Assembly (NCBI RefSeq): GCF_018977255.1 | Contig: NW_024704742.1 | Span: 60,452,001-60,516,000 of the forward strand | Source of the DNA: Callorhinchus milii | Taxonomy: Eukaryota | Direction: 5' to 3' | Length of the DNA: 64,000 bases | Part shown: piece by piece, positions 24,611 to 39,339 of the stretch | How the letters are laid out: each line of letters begins with the position of its first letter | Position numbering within the stretch: the first letter of the stretch is position 1 | Program-made: the position numbers and the translations under genes | Notes under the pieces: model-generated | What the model was told of the DNA's origin: nothing | Databases searched by the model: none | Seen by the model: the letters and a program-made list of their open reading frames with translations, nothing else

Positions 24611-26942
24611 TGCAGAGCCCAGGTACTTCAGAAGTACTCCCTTTCTCCCCCCTGCATGTCAAAATATATCTCTTTGACTATGCGTTAAGTCATCTTACCC
24701 ACCTCAACAACCCCCTCCCAATTCCAGTTTTGTATTGGAATGTCAGATTGGACAATGAGGCATGAGAACTCACACCCTTTGGGCTCAGAGGAGAGAGGTG
24801 AGAAAGAGACACAGACATCATCTAAGCCAAATTGATCACTGCATTTATTGTAATTGGATTTAAAATGTAAATTATCTATCAAACCAAAATATTCATGTGA
24901 ATGCATCGTAAACTATGTTACTAATCCCTTTAGTTCTATAAATCATGATAGATTCATATGTACTAGAAGATAGATGACAGATTTACAACTGATTATTAAT
25001 CTAACAATGCAGAAACTCTTAGACCCTACTTCAAATATGACTTGTTTAGTACAGGCAAATTGTAGAAAATCACAGTTTGGCTTATTCTAGTCAAGTTCAT
25101 CTTCTACTTAGTAGCTGAAATGGATTTTAGTCATTGTGCACTAACTCATTCTGCCTTTGCTTAATTCTAAGTAGAAAGTGCAAGATATGCAAGTCCAAGG
25201 TGCAAGATTGTGCTAAAAGCAGATTACTGTCAAAATAACTATAATTCTGTAATTTGATAACTGAAAGGAAATCGGGAAGAGTGGCAATTTATCTGTGTAT
25301 TCATTATTTAGAACATTGCATGTGCCAAAGACAAATTTCATTCTATATTCAAAACTGCAGTCAATTTAGCAGTATTTATTGTGAGATTTCTTAAATCAGT
25401 AATCTATTTGTCTACACAGTAGTGAATATTTGTCACTAAAGTTTACAGTAAGGTTTAGTGAATGGTTTTGAGATGTCCACCCGACATGAATGGCACTGTA
25501 TCAAATGCAAGGATTTTACTGTCTTATTAATCTGAAAGGGGCATCCTTCCGATAAACGAATATATATCACACACTTCAAATCAACTTGACGGGACTCCAC
25601 TATGAAAATAAATCAAAAAGAAATGGTGTTTCCAATTGTGGGTCCAGTTTGTATGTCCATATTTCTTATACCACAAAATTCACCCAATAATTACTTCATA
25701 CTTTAGCGCAGATAAATTGGATCGAAAGGCTAGCAGATACAATAAAATATAATTTATGCTTCATGTCGGGAGCAGACCTCAAAGAGCTTCACAGTGCTAG
25801 ATGTCCCTGGGTGGGAAACAGGGAGGAGGTGGAGTGTTAATCAAGATGATTGAAAGCATAGTCGAAGATGTGCGTTTTGAGATATGCTTTGAAAGATAGA
25901 TGAAAAAGTGGGAGATTTTCAAACGTAAATTGAATAGAGTACAGCTTATGCATATTCATAGAAGTGATAAAAGGGATGCAGTTGAAATTACAACAACAAC
26001 AACTTGCATTTATATAGCACCTTTCACACTAGGTAGCATCCCCAGAGCCCTTGAAAGTGGTGGAGTCTGACCCTAAGCCAGGGGTACAGGGAGGGGGAGG
26101 TGACCTTAAGCACGATCAAAATGAAAGTCTTTAGGTGGGATTTGAAAGTAGTAAGGGAGGGGAAAAGGCAAAGGGATCGAGGTAGAGAGTTCCATAACTT
26201 CAGGGCGCAATAACTGAAAAACTACAGTTCCTTGGATGAGAAGAGGAATTAAGATGAAAAGAAGACTTGAAGGAGACACATACGATAAATCTAAAGTTAA
26301 TGATACAAAAAAAAATGCTAGTCTGTGACTGGAAGGCATCAATTTAAAATAGTTAGCAAACAAATGGGGAGGTTAGGGGAAAATAGGAAAAAAATAGGTT
26401 AGGCAAAGAAAAACAGAGTAGTTAGGATATGGAATACCCTGCCAAGTAATGGTTGTAACCGAATCCATGTTAGCTTTCAAAAGGAAACTAGATAAATACT
26501 TAAAAATGAGTAAGATACAGGGGTATGGGTAAAGGGCAAGTAAATGGGACTGAAAGGATTTTTCTTAAAAGTGTCAGCACTGACAAGTTGGACCAAATGG
26601 CCTTCTTCTTTGCAGAAATTTTGATGGTTTATGGAAGCAAAGGAGATCAGAAAAGCCAAGATAGGATACAGAATTACAGAATCATACAGCACAGAAAGAG
26701 TCCATTCGGCCCATCGTGTCTGCACCAGCTCAGAAAAGAGCAATCTAACTCAATCCCACTGGTCCGCTTTCTCTCCATAGCCCTGCAATTCTGTCCTCCC
26801 CAAAAACCCATCTACTTCTCTCTTAAAAGTTGTTAATGAATTGGCTTCCACTATCCTTTCAGGTAATGCATTCCAGATCCAAACAACTCACTGGGTGACA
26901 AAAAAACTTCTAACCTCCCCTCTGTTTCTTTTAACAACTATC

Positions 26943-27893
26943 TTAAATCGGTGTCCTCCGGTTACTGACCCACATGCCTAGAAACATTTTTTCCAGGTTC
27001 AACCTATCAAATCCTTTCATGATCTTGAAAACCTTTATTAAATCCCCTCTTAATCTTCTCTGCTCTAGGGTGAATAATCCAAATTTTGCTAACCTCTCCT
27101 CATAACTAAGGTCCTTCATTCCTGGTACCTTCCTGGTAAACCTCCTTTGCATCCTCTCCAACGCCCTAACATCTTTCCTAAAGTGCGTTGCCCAGAACTG
27201 AATGCAGTCCTCCAACTGAGGCCTAACCAGCATTTTATAAATATTCAGCATAACCTCCTGACTTTTGAATTCTATGCCCCTATTTACAAAACCTTGTATC
27301 CCGTATGCTTTTTTAACAGCTTTATCTACCTGTCCTGCCACCTTCAGAGATTTGCTTTTGTGGACCCCCAGGTCTCTCTGTTCATTTGCCCCCTTTAAGA
27401 TTGTACCATCTTGCTTATACTGTCTCTCCTCATATTTCCTACCAAAATGCAACACTTCGCATTTCTCCACATTAAACCTCATCTGCCACATTTTACCAAT
27501 CTGTCTAAATCCTCTTAAGAGTCTGGTGCTATCCTCCTCACCATTATCTACTTTTCCTAGCTTAGTATAGTCTGCAAATTTGGAAATTGTGCTCCGTATA
27601 TCCAGGTCGAGATCACTAATATAGATCAGAAAAAGCAGTGGTCCCAATACCGACCCCTGAGGGACACCACTACACACCTCCCTCCAGTCAGAAAAGCAAC
27701 CATTTACTACCATTCTCTGATTTCTGTCTCCTAGCCAGTTCTGGATCCATGTTGCCACAGTCCCTTTAATACCGTGGGTTTCTATTTTGTTTATAAGTTT
27801 CTTTTGTGGCACTTTGTCAAATACCTTTTGAAAATCTAGATAAACTACATCTACTGCACTACCTTCATTCACCCTCTCAGTCACTTCATCCAA
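26943..27893 (-). pseudogene. CR1 ORF2 reverse transcriptase fragment (316 aa); FADD mutated to FADY
   Basis: ORF track translation with canonical CR1 RT motifs. Confidence 0.95.
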
Positions 27894-29619
27894 AAACTCT
27901 ATTAGGTTTGTCAGACACGATCTGCCTTTAACAAATCCATATTGACTGTCCTTTATTAAACCATATTTTTCTAAGTGAGAAGTTATATTGTCCCGGATTA
28001 CAGTCTCCAGAAGGTTCCTACTACTGATATTAGGCTGATTGGCCTGTAGTTCTCAGGCTTATCCTTCTGCCTCTTTTTGTACAGGTTAGTAACATTTGCA
28101 ACCTTCCAGTTATCTGCCACCACTCCAGTGTCCAAAGAGGGTTGAAAGATTGTGGCCAGAGCCTCCGCTAATTCCACCCTTGCTTCCCTCAGTAACCTAG
28201 GATGCATCCCATCTGGACCAGGTGACTTATCTATGTTGAGTACCGACAGCCTTTTTAGTTAGTACCCCCTCTCCGTTGATTTTTATCATATCCAATTTCT
28301 GTTCACCCGCCTGCGATATTGTGGCATTGGTTGCATCGTCTTCTTTTGTGAAGACAATTGCAAAGTACTTATTTAGTACATCAGCCATGGCCTCTGCCTC
28401 AACAAGAAGATTTCCACTTGGGTCCCTAATTGGACCCATCCTACCTTTGACTAACCTTTTACACTTGATATGCTTAGGGTTCCCTTTTATGTTTCCTGCT
28501 AATCTTTTCTCGTATAATCTCTTGGCCCTTCTTATTTCCCTTTTCACTTCTCTTTACTTCCTATATTCTGTTTGATTATCCTGTGTTTTTTCGACCTGAC
28601 ATTTGTCATATGCCTCCTTTTTCTGTTTTATTTTAATCCCAATTTCCTTAGTCATCTGGGGAGGTTTGACTGTTCTACCTTTCTCCTTTGTGGGAATGTA
28701 TTTGCTCTGTCCCTGAACTATCTACTCCTTGAAGGATTCCCATTGTTCGTTTGCTGTCTTACCTGCCAATCTTTGTTTACAATCTATCTTGACAAGGTCC
28801 CTTTTTAGCTCATTGAAATTAGCCCACTTCCAGTTGAGGGTCTTTACCTTTGATTGATTGTTGTCCTTTTCCATAACTATTCTAAACCCAATGATATTGT
28901 GTTCACTGTTATCCAGATGCTCTCCTACTGAAACCTGCTCCACTTGCCCCCCATTTCCCAGAACTAAATCCAGCACTGCTTCCTTCCTCATTGGGCTGGA
29001 AACATGCTGATCCAAAAAGTTCCCCTGCACACATTTCAAGAATTCCTCCCCTTCCTTGCCCTTTACACTGTGTGTTTCTCAGTCTATGTTGGGATAATTG
29101 AAGTCCCCCATTACACTACTCTATTGATTTTGCTTGCAGATTTGGTCATCTATCTCCTTCCCACTATTTGGAGGTCTATAGTAAATACCTAACAGAGTAA
29201 CAGCTCCTTTTATGTTCCTTAACTCTAACCAAATAGATTCAGTTTTTGGACCCTCTAACTATTGTCCTTTTCCAGAACATTGGCCTTGTCCCTAATGAGT
29301 ATTGCCACCCCTCCTCCTTTTTTCCCTTTCCTATCCCTCCTGAATAGGTTGTAACCAGGAATATTCAGCTCTCATTCCTGTCCTTGCTTGAGCCTTGTCT
29401 CCGTAATTGTCACTACATCATAGCCCCATGTGGTACCTTGAGCCTGAAGCTCACCAAGCTTATTGGTCACATTCTGTCCATTTTCACAAATGCACTCCAA
29501 GACCAGCTTAATCTGCTCTACATTTCTCCTCCTTCCCTTTCCACTTCTTGCTGGATTATTCCTTGTTTCATTTCTATTTGTCTCTCCTCGTCCACTATGT
29601 AACTCGTTTCCCCTCCGTA

Positions 29620-30658
29620 ATGCTACATTCTGGTCCTCATCCCCCTCAAAATCAGTTTAAATGCTTCCTCACAGTATTTGGTATCCTTGTTGCAATGACA
29701 TTTGTCCCAGCCCTGCTCAGGTGTAACCCATTCCTTGTGTACAGTTCCCGTCTGCCCCAGAAGTGCTCCCAGTAGTTTAGAAACCCTCCTTCCTGCACCA
29801 TTTCTCCAGCCAGGCATTCATGTGTTTGATCCTCCCGGTTTGGTATTCTCTTGCATAAGGCATTGGAAGTAATCCCGAGATCACCACCATTGAGGTCCTG
29901 CTCTTTAGCTACTTTCCAAGCTTCTGATATTCTCCCTGTAGGGTCTCAGCCCTTTTATCACCTACCCGACGTGAAAAGCGCTATATCAAATGCAAGGATT
30001 ATTATTATTATTATTATTATTACATCATGGATCCCAACATGGATCACAACTTCTGGATTTTCCCCTTCCCCTGTAGTATATTTTGTACCCGTTCCATGAC
30101 GTTATGCATCCTGGCCCTCGGGAGGCAGCATACCATGTGCTTGTCCCATCTTTTATGGCAGAAATGCCTGTCTATCCCTTTAAATGTTGTATCCCCGAGA
30201 GCAAGAGCGTTGGCATTTTTCTCCTTGTCCATGAACATCCATTACCTTTTCACTCCTCGCCAGAGGCGTCTTCACTGGTACCCAGTACCGAGAACCAGTT
30301 TATGAGTGCCACACTCTTCAGGGATTTCTGTACTGCCTGTTCGGTTTTTGCTCCACGTCGGATGGTCACCCACTCACCCTTCTTCTAAGCCGTCTGTGTA
30401 GTTGAGGTGACCACCTCCTGTATTCACTAGGCTGTGGGGTGACCACCTCCTGAAAAGTTCGATCCATAAATTCTTCAGCCTCCCGTATCCTATGTAGTGA
30501 CTGTAGCCTCTCCTCAAGTTCAGCGACCCCGAGCTCAAGCTCAAGCAGCTGGAGGCACTTCCTACAAACGTGTTTGTCCAGAACACATGAACCATCCTGG
30601 AGTTCCCACACAGTGTGCATGGAATGGGTCTCAGCTGCCCTGCTAGGTTTTCAGACAT
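29620..30658 (-). pseudogene. CR1 ORF1 (CxxC zinc finger, leucine zipper, SGNH/GDSL esterase-like domain), frameshifted
   Basis: PCTLC...VCRKC, LELELGVAELEERLQSL, LGDTTFKGIDRHFC...VCCLPRAR. Confidence 0.88.
29962..30021 (+). mobile_element. Short SINE/L2-type tail inserted in CR1 ORF1
   Basis: cccgacgtgaaaagcgctatatcaaatgcaagg(att)n. Confidence 0.85.
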
Positions 30659-30964
30659 ATTTTGTAATATATCTCAACAGTTTCAGGGTGAATAGGTTAA
30701 AAACAAGTAAGTTCACATCTCTTATTCCCTTGCTCACACTCCTTATATACTAAACGCCTGCTCAGCACCTACCGCCACAGCAATGTGACCTTTTGTACAG
30801 GCTTTTAGGGGTTTTGTTTCTCCTTTACAAGTTCTCACCTGCACCGAATTCCCGCTTTGCACCGAGTTCCCACTCTCACCTAATTCCCAAACAGAATTCT
30901 CACTGGGAGAGCCCAGGAGCATGGAAAGGGAATGGAGTGAGGAAAGACTTACTGTTAACCTGCT

Positions 30965-31660
30965 GAAAAATACTAAAGGATTTGATAAACACATAAAAAG
31001 TAAAAGAATGGCTGAAAGAAAGATAGGACCAATTAGAGATGAAAAGAGAAATCTCGTTGTGGAAAATTAAGGTTCGTCAGAAATATTGGATAAGTATTTT
31101 GATTACAATTTTACAGAAGAGTGTGATGGTGAGAAACTTTGTGTGCAAGAGAAGGATGTGCACCAGTTAGTTAATGGGTAACTATTAGAAAAGAAAGTGA
31201 TGTTGAAAACAGTGATGGATCTTAAAGAGGACAAGTCAACAAGACCTGATGACATATCAGACGTTATCTGAGAATGCTCAGGGAAATCAGTGAGGAAATA
31301 GTAGATGCTCCACTATATTTTTTCAAACATCCCTGGACATGAACCCCTCCTGTCTTCTGTGTACATTATGTAACACCTCTATTCAAAACTGGACATGTGA
31401 TAAGTCAAGAATATGTAGACAAATCAGGCTAACTTCCATAATGGGCAGACATTTAGAAGTTAATATGAGATAATATTAATAACCACTTGGAAAGACATGA
31501 ATTGATTAAAGACATTCAGCATGAATCCAGCATGAAAATCTAATTTTAATGAAATAATTGAGAAAATATAGGTAATGGTGTTAATGTGGTATATATGGAT
31601 TTTCAGAAGGCATTTGTTGAGATACCACAGAAGAGGGTTGCTAAACAAAATTATCAACCC
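30965..31660 (+). mobile_element. Older CR1 ORF2 fragment
   Basis: IGPIRD, DKSTRPD and YMDFQKAF remnants. Confidence 0.85.
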
Positions 31661-32834
31661 GTTTCTGTTATAGTCTGATCAAAAGATCCTATTCAAAAAG
31701 TGAAAGCAGTTTCTCCCAGTACCTTGGTCAAAATAGGACATTCAGTTAATGGGTGTTTGTGGGATATTCTGTACACAAATTCACTGTTGTATTCACCAAC
31801 AAATAAACATTTAGTACATTTTGCAGTAAATCCTGTGAAGCACATTGCGATATATCAATGATGTGATAAAATGATCTTTCAAAGCAAGGATTATTAAGGA
31901 TTATTATTATCTTGTTTGCAGAAGCCTTTAAAATTTGGATAGGAAAATCAATCTCCTGTCCTGCAGTAAATTTTCTAACCTTAAGTGCAGAAAAGAAGAC
32001 CACTGCGTTTTGCAGAAATAAACAAGGAACAAGTAAGCTCAAAGTGTCAAATGTAAAGGTGAATCTCATCAATCTCTTTTTCCCAAAGCTAATACAATTC
32101 GTTACATTGCACATCACAATCATTCTAATTGTACCTTTTGGCTAAAAGTGTTACATATTTAGAAACTCGTTTCAAAAGCAGGTGCAGTGTGAGGTAACAA
32201 GGGTATGCATAAAAGTCCAGTCTTTGAAAAGTAGTTTGCCAAATACATCAATCACAGTCGATTGCACTGAATTAAAGCAGTTTAAAAGAAATGCAAAGAT
32301 GACATCTAATTAAAAACTGTCTGGAGGTTCTACAAAGGATGCAAAATATTGCCACACCTCCTCCATCCCAATCTCCATGTTCATCCCCCACCCTTTAATT
32401 CCTCTTGCAGTCATTCCCCTTGTCATTCATTCAACAAGGACACATTGGGCTAATTGTATCTCATTTGATGTCAGAACATTTTGCATTTTGATAATTTTAC
32501 ACACTATTTCAGGACCTCAACTCTAGGAATAAAGGAACAATCTTTTAGTATTTCTTGACAGGATTACTGATTTTAGAGAACCCAAGTGAAGACTCTTATT
32601 CATCCTTTGTGATCTTATTCTTCTAGAACACCCATCCCTCCAACATCCTCCCATCCCAACACCAAGCTGTTTTGTAATTTGTGTGCCATGGACTTCCAGA
32701 CTTTCTGGATTCAGTTAGTTTAGAGCAGACCCATCCTGATGTGTATTATGTTTGTTACTATGTATGCTAGTCCATTTGCAATAACATTGTTTAATTTGTG
32801 TTATGAAATCAAACACAACCAGTGAAAAATTGGC

Positions 32835-33284
32835 ATATTAGTTAGAGCAGTCAGCTTGTAAGCGAGAGGACCTGGTTCGATTTCAGGACAGGGCAAAACC
32901 TTAGGCAAGTTTCCTTACTCTACAAGTCTCTGTTCAGGAAAAAGCTATCTTTATGTTGAAATCGCTATACTGTCAGCATATTATCCTTTTTAAGTCTTCT
33001 CTGAATCTGCTGTACAAATTTAACTAACAGTAAATAGGAACCCGATTGGTAGTCAATTGGCGGAACACTTTCTGGGGGTAATAATCCCTTCAATAAATAA
33101 ATAAAACAACAATAATTTGGGCACTCAATCCACGACTATTTGTGGGAAAATGCTGTGCGCAATTGGCTGCGCATTTCACCCACCATATAGACAGTCAATT
33201 CATTTTGCAGTATACTCTGTGAAGTGCTTTGAGATGTTTCAATGATATGATAAGGCAATACATCAAATGTAAGGATTATTATTA
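32835..33284 (+). mobile_element. tRNA-SINE carrying a ~90-bp foreign insert (32934-33029)
   Basis: SINE head and body on both sides; insert matches 36169-36306. Confidence 0.9.
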
Positions 33285-33945
33285 GTAAAAAATGTAAAAG
33301 TAGAAATGAGCTGGATGCATATCTTTCAAAATAGTTTATACATATACATATTTTTAGAGGTGATTCAATGCTAAGGGAAATTGCTAATGGTTATCAAGCA
33401 GCTAGGACCATATAAGTATAATATTAATATTAACACCAATCTTTATATTTGAATACCACCTTATCAAGTTATGGAGATGTCTCAAAGTGATTCATACGAT
33501 TTTACTGTAAAATGTAGCAACTGCATTTGTATGCAAACAAAGCAGCCATTTTGTGCACAACAATGTCCCACAAACAAGATCGTAAGAGTAGTTCAGATGA
33601 GAAAGACTCTTCGGTCCGCCTCATGCTTCTACAACACCAACCCCACTGTCCTCCCATTTTACATCAAGCTGTTATTTTAAATGAGTCCAGTTTTCATCCT
33701 GGCCTTAACCACCCTTCCTGGCAATCTGCTCCAGTCATTAATTACAGTGTTGAAGTGAATGACCAATTTAATCTGAGGGATTCTAAGACATGTCATTTCA
33801 GAGAAAGTAACTGTTCAGAGATGTAAAATATGGGATGTAAAGCTCAATTTGTATTTTGAGTTTTGATGGTTTCATTTCGGAGGTAAAAGCAATGAAACTT
33901 GCAGAACTTGGGCAGTATCCAAAATAGAGCAGATTGCACATGGCA

Positions 33946-34060
33946 ATAATAATAATCCTTGCATTTGATATAGCGCCTTATCATGCCTTTGAGATGTCTC
34001 AAAGCGCTTCACAGAATATAACTGTAAAGTGGAGTGACTGTGTATTTTGTGGGCAAAACG
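33946..34060 (-). mobile_element. tRNA-SINE 3' fragment
   Basis: (aat)n-ccttgcatttgatatagcgcc tail. Confidence 0.88.
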
Positions 34061-35279
34061 GTAGACCTAATGGCCTTTTGACATTCTATTCTTCCTTCTG
34101 TTCTTCTTCACTTATGTCCTGAACGGTTAAACACTAACAGATGCTTCCCTTTCATCTCTGTACTGCAGAAAATCTTCTGCTAAACAACAAATGTTCCCTT
34201 AGCAACCATACTGCCATAAATGAGCAGGATACTGAAATTAACCAATTAAAGTGGTCCCCACAGACACATCTACTGCAACAGCAACAGAACTAATGACATC
34301 TAGAATTAACAGCACGGACATTTAGAAGCAGTGGGAGAGAGATGTCTGGAATCAGCAGGGCAGCTGCCTTGATTCAGTAGGTTAGAGACATGTTGTAGAG
34401 AATTGGTTGGGAAATGACATTTTAGATGAGGATTTTTCTTGCCGCTGAATGTAGTGACTTTGAAAATGTGCATTTATGATGGATGTTTTCCACCTTAAGA
34501 CAGTATTTCAAAACAAAACAAAGTTTCCACACATTCCAGAAGATGAAGTTCGGCTGCTTTTTAATGTTTAATCAGATTTATTGAATAGCTTCCATCCATC
34601 TACTTGTCAGAAATTTGGTCTTTCCACATGGCCATTTTCTGATGATGTTTGAATGAATGACACAGTAGCTGATTTTCCTGTATTTGTTTTTGACATAATT
34701 GGCCATTAATCCTTCAGAAAATGGCATTCCTTCAATTACTCTTAGAACGTGCAGCTAAATCAAAACAACTAAAACAAACCTTGCATTTGTATACGTCCCT
34801 CTCACTTAGGATAAAACTTCAGAGCATCATAAACCACATGTGCATTTAACAAAGAGCCTGGTCAATTTGTTAGGAGAGAATTTAATACTTCTCTGGTGCT
34901 ATCAAACTGTAAAATAAGCCATTATTGTCATCCTATGTGTGGTTAAGTCCATAATACCTATATAGAAACATTGACTGAACTGATCATTTAAAATGATTGC
35001 AGGTCCTAGTATGTAACCTTAAATGGAATTCACAATTACTTATAACGACAACAATGACAACTTATATATATGAAGTGCCCTTCATACAGGATGCCATCTT
35101 GGACTTACATAGATATTACCTATATATGCAGTTGAGAATAAAATCATTACCAGATATGGTTCTGGTCACCATGACAAAGGGGAGCTGTCCAGGTGCTGGA
35201 GGTAGTGCAGAAGACAACAATGGGACTAATCCCTGTCACTTGGGATGGTATTGGATGAATGAGCTATGAGCAATGGTTT

Positions 35280-35750
35280 AGGAAGCTGAAAAGCTTGAAA
35301 GTAAATATCTCAGATATAATGTTTTAAGTGGGATTGATAAAATAAACTCAGAAAATAAATATGCTCAGGTGCAATGAGAAAACAGAACAAGAAAATGGGC
35401 TTAGATTTGGAAAGAACAATTACAGGAAAAATACCAAGAAGTATTTCTTTACCAAATGTGTAATAATAAATAAATAATCTTTGCATTTAATATAGCATCT
35501 TATCACTTTGTTGAGATGTCTCAAAGTGCTTTACAGGATTTTACTGAAATGTAGTGGTGTGTATTCCGCAAAATTTTGCAGTGAAATTAACAATTGGAAC
35601 AAATAACAAGAAGGGTGGTTGAGGCTAAGATTGCTGAACATGTTTAAAAGAAACAGAATGATGAAACGATGAGAAGATAGTAGTGTGGATATTCTGGAAG
35701 ATTGAGCTCAAATGGGCTGATGGTCCTTCTTCATCCGACTGTCTCTTGTG
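35280..35750 (+). mobile_element. Old CR1 3' fragment split by a SINE tail
   Basis: aagtatttctttaccaa...gggtggttgaggct...atgggctgatggtccttc. Confidence 0.6.
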
Positions 35751-36711
35751 AATATGATGATTAGAAGCGCTTTGAGACATCCTCCTGCCCACATGAAAGC
35801 CATTACAATATCTATTGTATTCATTAGATAATGTAACTTCTTATTACTTCTCCAGCCAATTTGAGCTGCCAGTTTAGCCAGATCTTGGCATGTGGTTTCA
35901 TGATGAGAAGGGGTATGATATGATAGGATACAGCAACACAGTCATAATAGCATAGGTTGAGAAGATAATGTTTTATTTAAAATAACAATTATATTTTCAT
36001 TAAAGAAAGTAAGATTCTGACATTCATCTCTGTTTTGTATTAATAGTTAAAAAAAATCTACAGTATGTGCTTCAATCCCAACTGCCAAGTAATAACCTGG
36101 AGGTTATTCCAAATCTATGATTAATTAATAAATGAAACAAATATAATTTGTCTGTAGGCATAGCCTGGTCAGGAAAAAGCTATCTTTATGTTGAAATTGC
36201 TATACTGTCATATGCATATTCAGGGTAATTAGCAATAGCAAATCAAAGCTTTCAGCATTTTTTCCTTTTTAAGTCTTCTCTGAATCTGCTGTGCAAATAG
36301 CTAACATTAATTTTGATATCACGGTGTATCTCTGCCATAATAATATCTGAGTTACAACAGGCACACTCATTCATTTACTTAATTAGCCCTAAACTGGTTT
36401 AAAAGAAGACCATTTTTCTCTTCTACTTTTCTCACTCTACTTTTCCTTAGGGAAATTTATCATGGTCCAAATGCCATATTTTTGTTTAACTTGTTTCAAT
36501 TTAATATCATATTGAGGCTTGTCCTGGCTGGTGCACTGTGGCACAAATATTTATTGATATTTATTGTTTTTTTCATGACTTATTTCTGTGTACAGTTCCT
36601 ACCATCCAGTGGTGAGATGTGTCAACTGCAAAGATCTTACATTTTTATTTGAACAGTATATGATTGCGGGTTCTTTTACAATAGGATATGCCGAGTGTAA
36701 GAGCTTACACC

Positions 36712-37016
36712 TTCTTGAAAAAAAACTGTAAAGTGAATTGATTATATATTTTGTGAACGAAACACGGCAGCCAATTGCACACAGCAGTATCCCACAAACA
36801 CTCATGGATTGAGTGACCAATTTATTATTATTATTATTTTTTGAAGGAATTATTACCCCCGGAAAAGCGATGTGCCGATTGACTAACAACCGGGTTCCTA
36901 CTTACTGCTAGGTAAACAGAGGCATGTGAAAGTAAGGAAACTGCCCAATGTTTCGTCGTGCCAGGAATCGAACCCAGGTCTCTTGCTTGCTAAGCGAGTG
37001 CTCTAATCACTGAGCT
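36712..37016 (-). mobile_element. tRNA-SINE, full-type body, tail lost
   Basis: ggaatcgaacccaggtctc...gagtgctctaatcactgagct head and shared body. Confidence 0.9.
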
Positions 37017-37193
37017 GAAAGGTTCTGAGCGGGGGGTGGGAGGTTACCGTAAGCCTGGTTGAAAAGGAAGGGTTTCAGGGAGGACTTGAAAAAGAGGAGA
37101 GAGGGGGCAAGGCAGAGGGATTGAGGGAGAATGTTCCAAAACTTCAGGGTGTCATGGCTGAAAGCCCGACCTCCAATGGTAGAGCGGAGGGTG

Positions 37194-37720
37194 CAAGTTA
37201 GCTCAGTTAATAGCACTCTCGCCTCCGAGTCAGAAGTTTCAAGCCCCATGTCAGGAGTTTGAGCTCATAACAATTAGAAGAAGAAGCATCCTTGCATTTG
37301 ATATAGCGCCTTATCACTTCTTTGAGACATGAATTGACTCTATATTTGTGGGCGAAACAATCTAGGCTTACAGTCCCATGCAGTACTGGGGGAGCACTGC
37401 ATTGTCAGATGTCCTGTCGTTTGGATAAAGCATTAAAACAGAGATACTGTCCGATTATTTAGGTGGATGTTAAAAGATCCCGTGGCACTATTTGAAAAAA
37501 AAATGATCTTTTAGCATCTTCTTCCAGTAACTTGGTCAACAGTCTCCCAAATAAAATTGATTGTTCACTTTGTAGCTGCTTGTGGTTTGTAGCTCTATGT
37601 CAACTGGCTGCTGCATTTGCCTACAAAATAGGTAGTCTCTATACTCTACTGTAATCCTTTGAGACATTTTATGATGTATTTTATGAAGGCATATATCAAA
37701 TGCAAGGCTTAGTATTATTA
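37194..37720 (+). mobile_element. Deu-domain SINE with a nested SINE tail (about 37270-37360)
   Basis: gcactgcattgtcagatgt...aggtggatgttaaaagatcccgtggcactatttg. Confidence 0.8.
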
Positions 37721-39339
37721 ATATAATGGTACAGAAAAAGAGCAGAGAATTGGGACTAGAGTAGTTACCTCCAATGGATGATCTTGCAGCACTATAAACT
37801 CAATGGACTGTGTGACCTCCTTCTGTGCTATAATTTGTAATGATTGCATGAACAGACTGCTGCTGTAAGCCATTTAGATGAAGATTTGAATGAACAAGTG
37901 AAATTTAGAAATGTTGCAAAAAAACAGATTGATATGCGAATTGTATCAGAATTTTCTTATGAGATGCTGCAGAGTATTTAATAAATCGATGATATGGAAG
38001 TTCAATGTGAATTAAAACAACTATTGAAATACTTTTTAAAAATTGGTAACAGGTGATACTCATAATAGGAGCGCTTTCAACTCAACATGGGAAAATGTAC
38101 TTCCTGTCTTGTGGACAATTGTGGACGAGACACTAGCTGATGAAATAAACACGTTTTCACTCTGATGCTAACCTAAGATGGCAGTTTCAGCAGATGTTCG
38201 TAGGTGATTGTTGCCTCTTACAATAAATGATCTAAATTTTAACCATCAAAATGTACATTTGGTTTAAAACTATACAACTAAAAATACGAAAGCTGTAACA
38301 CAAACCCCAGTTCATGATGACTTTACCTATTGTTTAAACTTCACTCTCAGATTCAGAATTCCACTGGAACCCCAAAACATTATAAAACTCTTCTCTCATC
38401 AACAATGAAAAGCATTCCTCATAATAAGTCTCTAAAGTTGTTCTATCAAAGATCTTAGCGCTTATCTACACCTGAGTCAGCCAGGCTCAGCTGGTAATAT
38501 TCTCGCCTCTGAGTCACAAAGGTTGCAGCTCGATGTTGGAAGTTTGAACTCCTATTGTCCAGACTGACACTGCCAGTTTTGGAGGTGTTGTCCTACTTAT
38601 TTAAGCTCCCCCTCCACCTGTATTTTACTATCCATTCCTAAAGGATATCTGGGGAACAGAAACTCCGCTCCCACCATAACATTACTGCAATGGTTTGGAT
38701 TCAAATACAATTTCAGAAAAGATGGTCACCTTCTTGTTTGCCATGAAGCAGAATGATTCTTTTTTTATTTGATCCTGGAGTCTATATTTGATTGAGCTTT
38801 CATATTATACTGATTCCACTAGGCCAGTAATTTATTTATATTTGCACCAATCTCTGTGGTCGGATACATGAATGCAACATGAAGATCTTCAAACCCAACC
38901 ATTATGCTGAGGCCAGGGAGAATGCCTGTTTCCTCCAATCCCATCCCCATTTCTTTTTAACTCTGACTTCATGGCTCTTATTGTCTACTTCCAGCATTAA
39001 CAGGTGAACTTGATCACATTACCCCTGCTCTCTGGATCTCACTCCCTAAAACTCTCCACCTTGTACCCTCTCTCTGCATATTCAAATCCTTTCTCAAAAT
39101 CCCACCTCTTTGATTGCACCTTTGGACATCTTCTTCCAGCTGTACCCCCCACCCTCCCATCTCCTACCTTGTTGGGGGCTCTCACTATGCCACTGTGAAG
39201 TGCTTTCCTATGTGAAAATCACTATATAAATACAAATTGCTATTTTTGAAGTACTGGAACCATTGTCCAGTGCCCCATTGAAGCCTGACATTTATAAGAT
39301 CAGAAAACATCTTGCACAAATTATTTGGTTTGCCTTTCA

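Larger units (their letters stand above)
26668..30905 (-). mobile_element. Near-full-length CR1 LINE (5' UTR, ORF1, ORF2 EN-RT, 3' tail), inactivated by frameshifts and stops
   Basis: ORF fragments in the expected order: ORF1 zinc finger/leucine zipper and esterase (30658-29620), EN C-terminal LDLVL/DNSEHN (29039-28722), NYRPISL, YLDFQKVFDKV, SGVPQGSVLGP, KFADYTKL. Confidence 0.97.

Noticed and set aside
36596..36696. Possible plus-strand exon SYHPVVRCVNCKDLTFLFEQYMIAGSFTIGYAE
   Set aside because: Reasonable acceptor but weak donor context and no recognised protein; needs RNA-seq or BLASTX.
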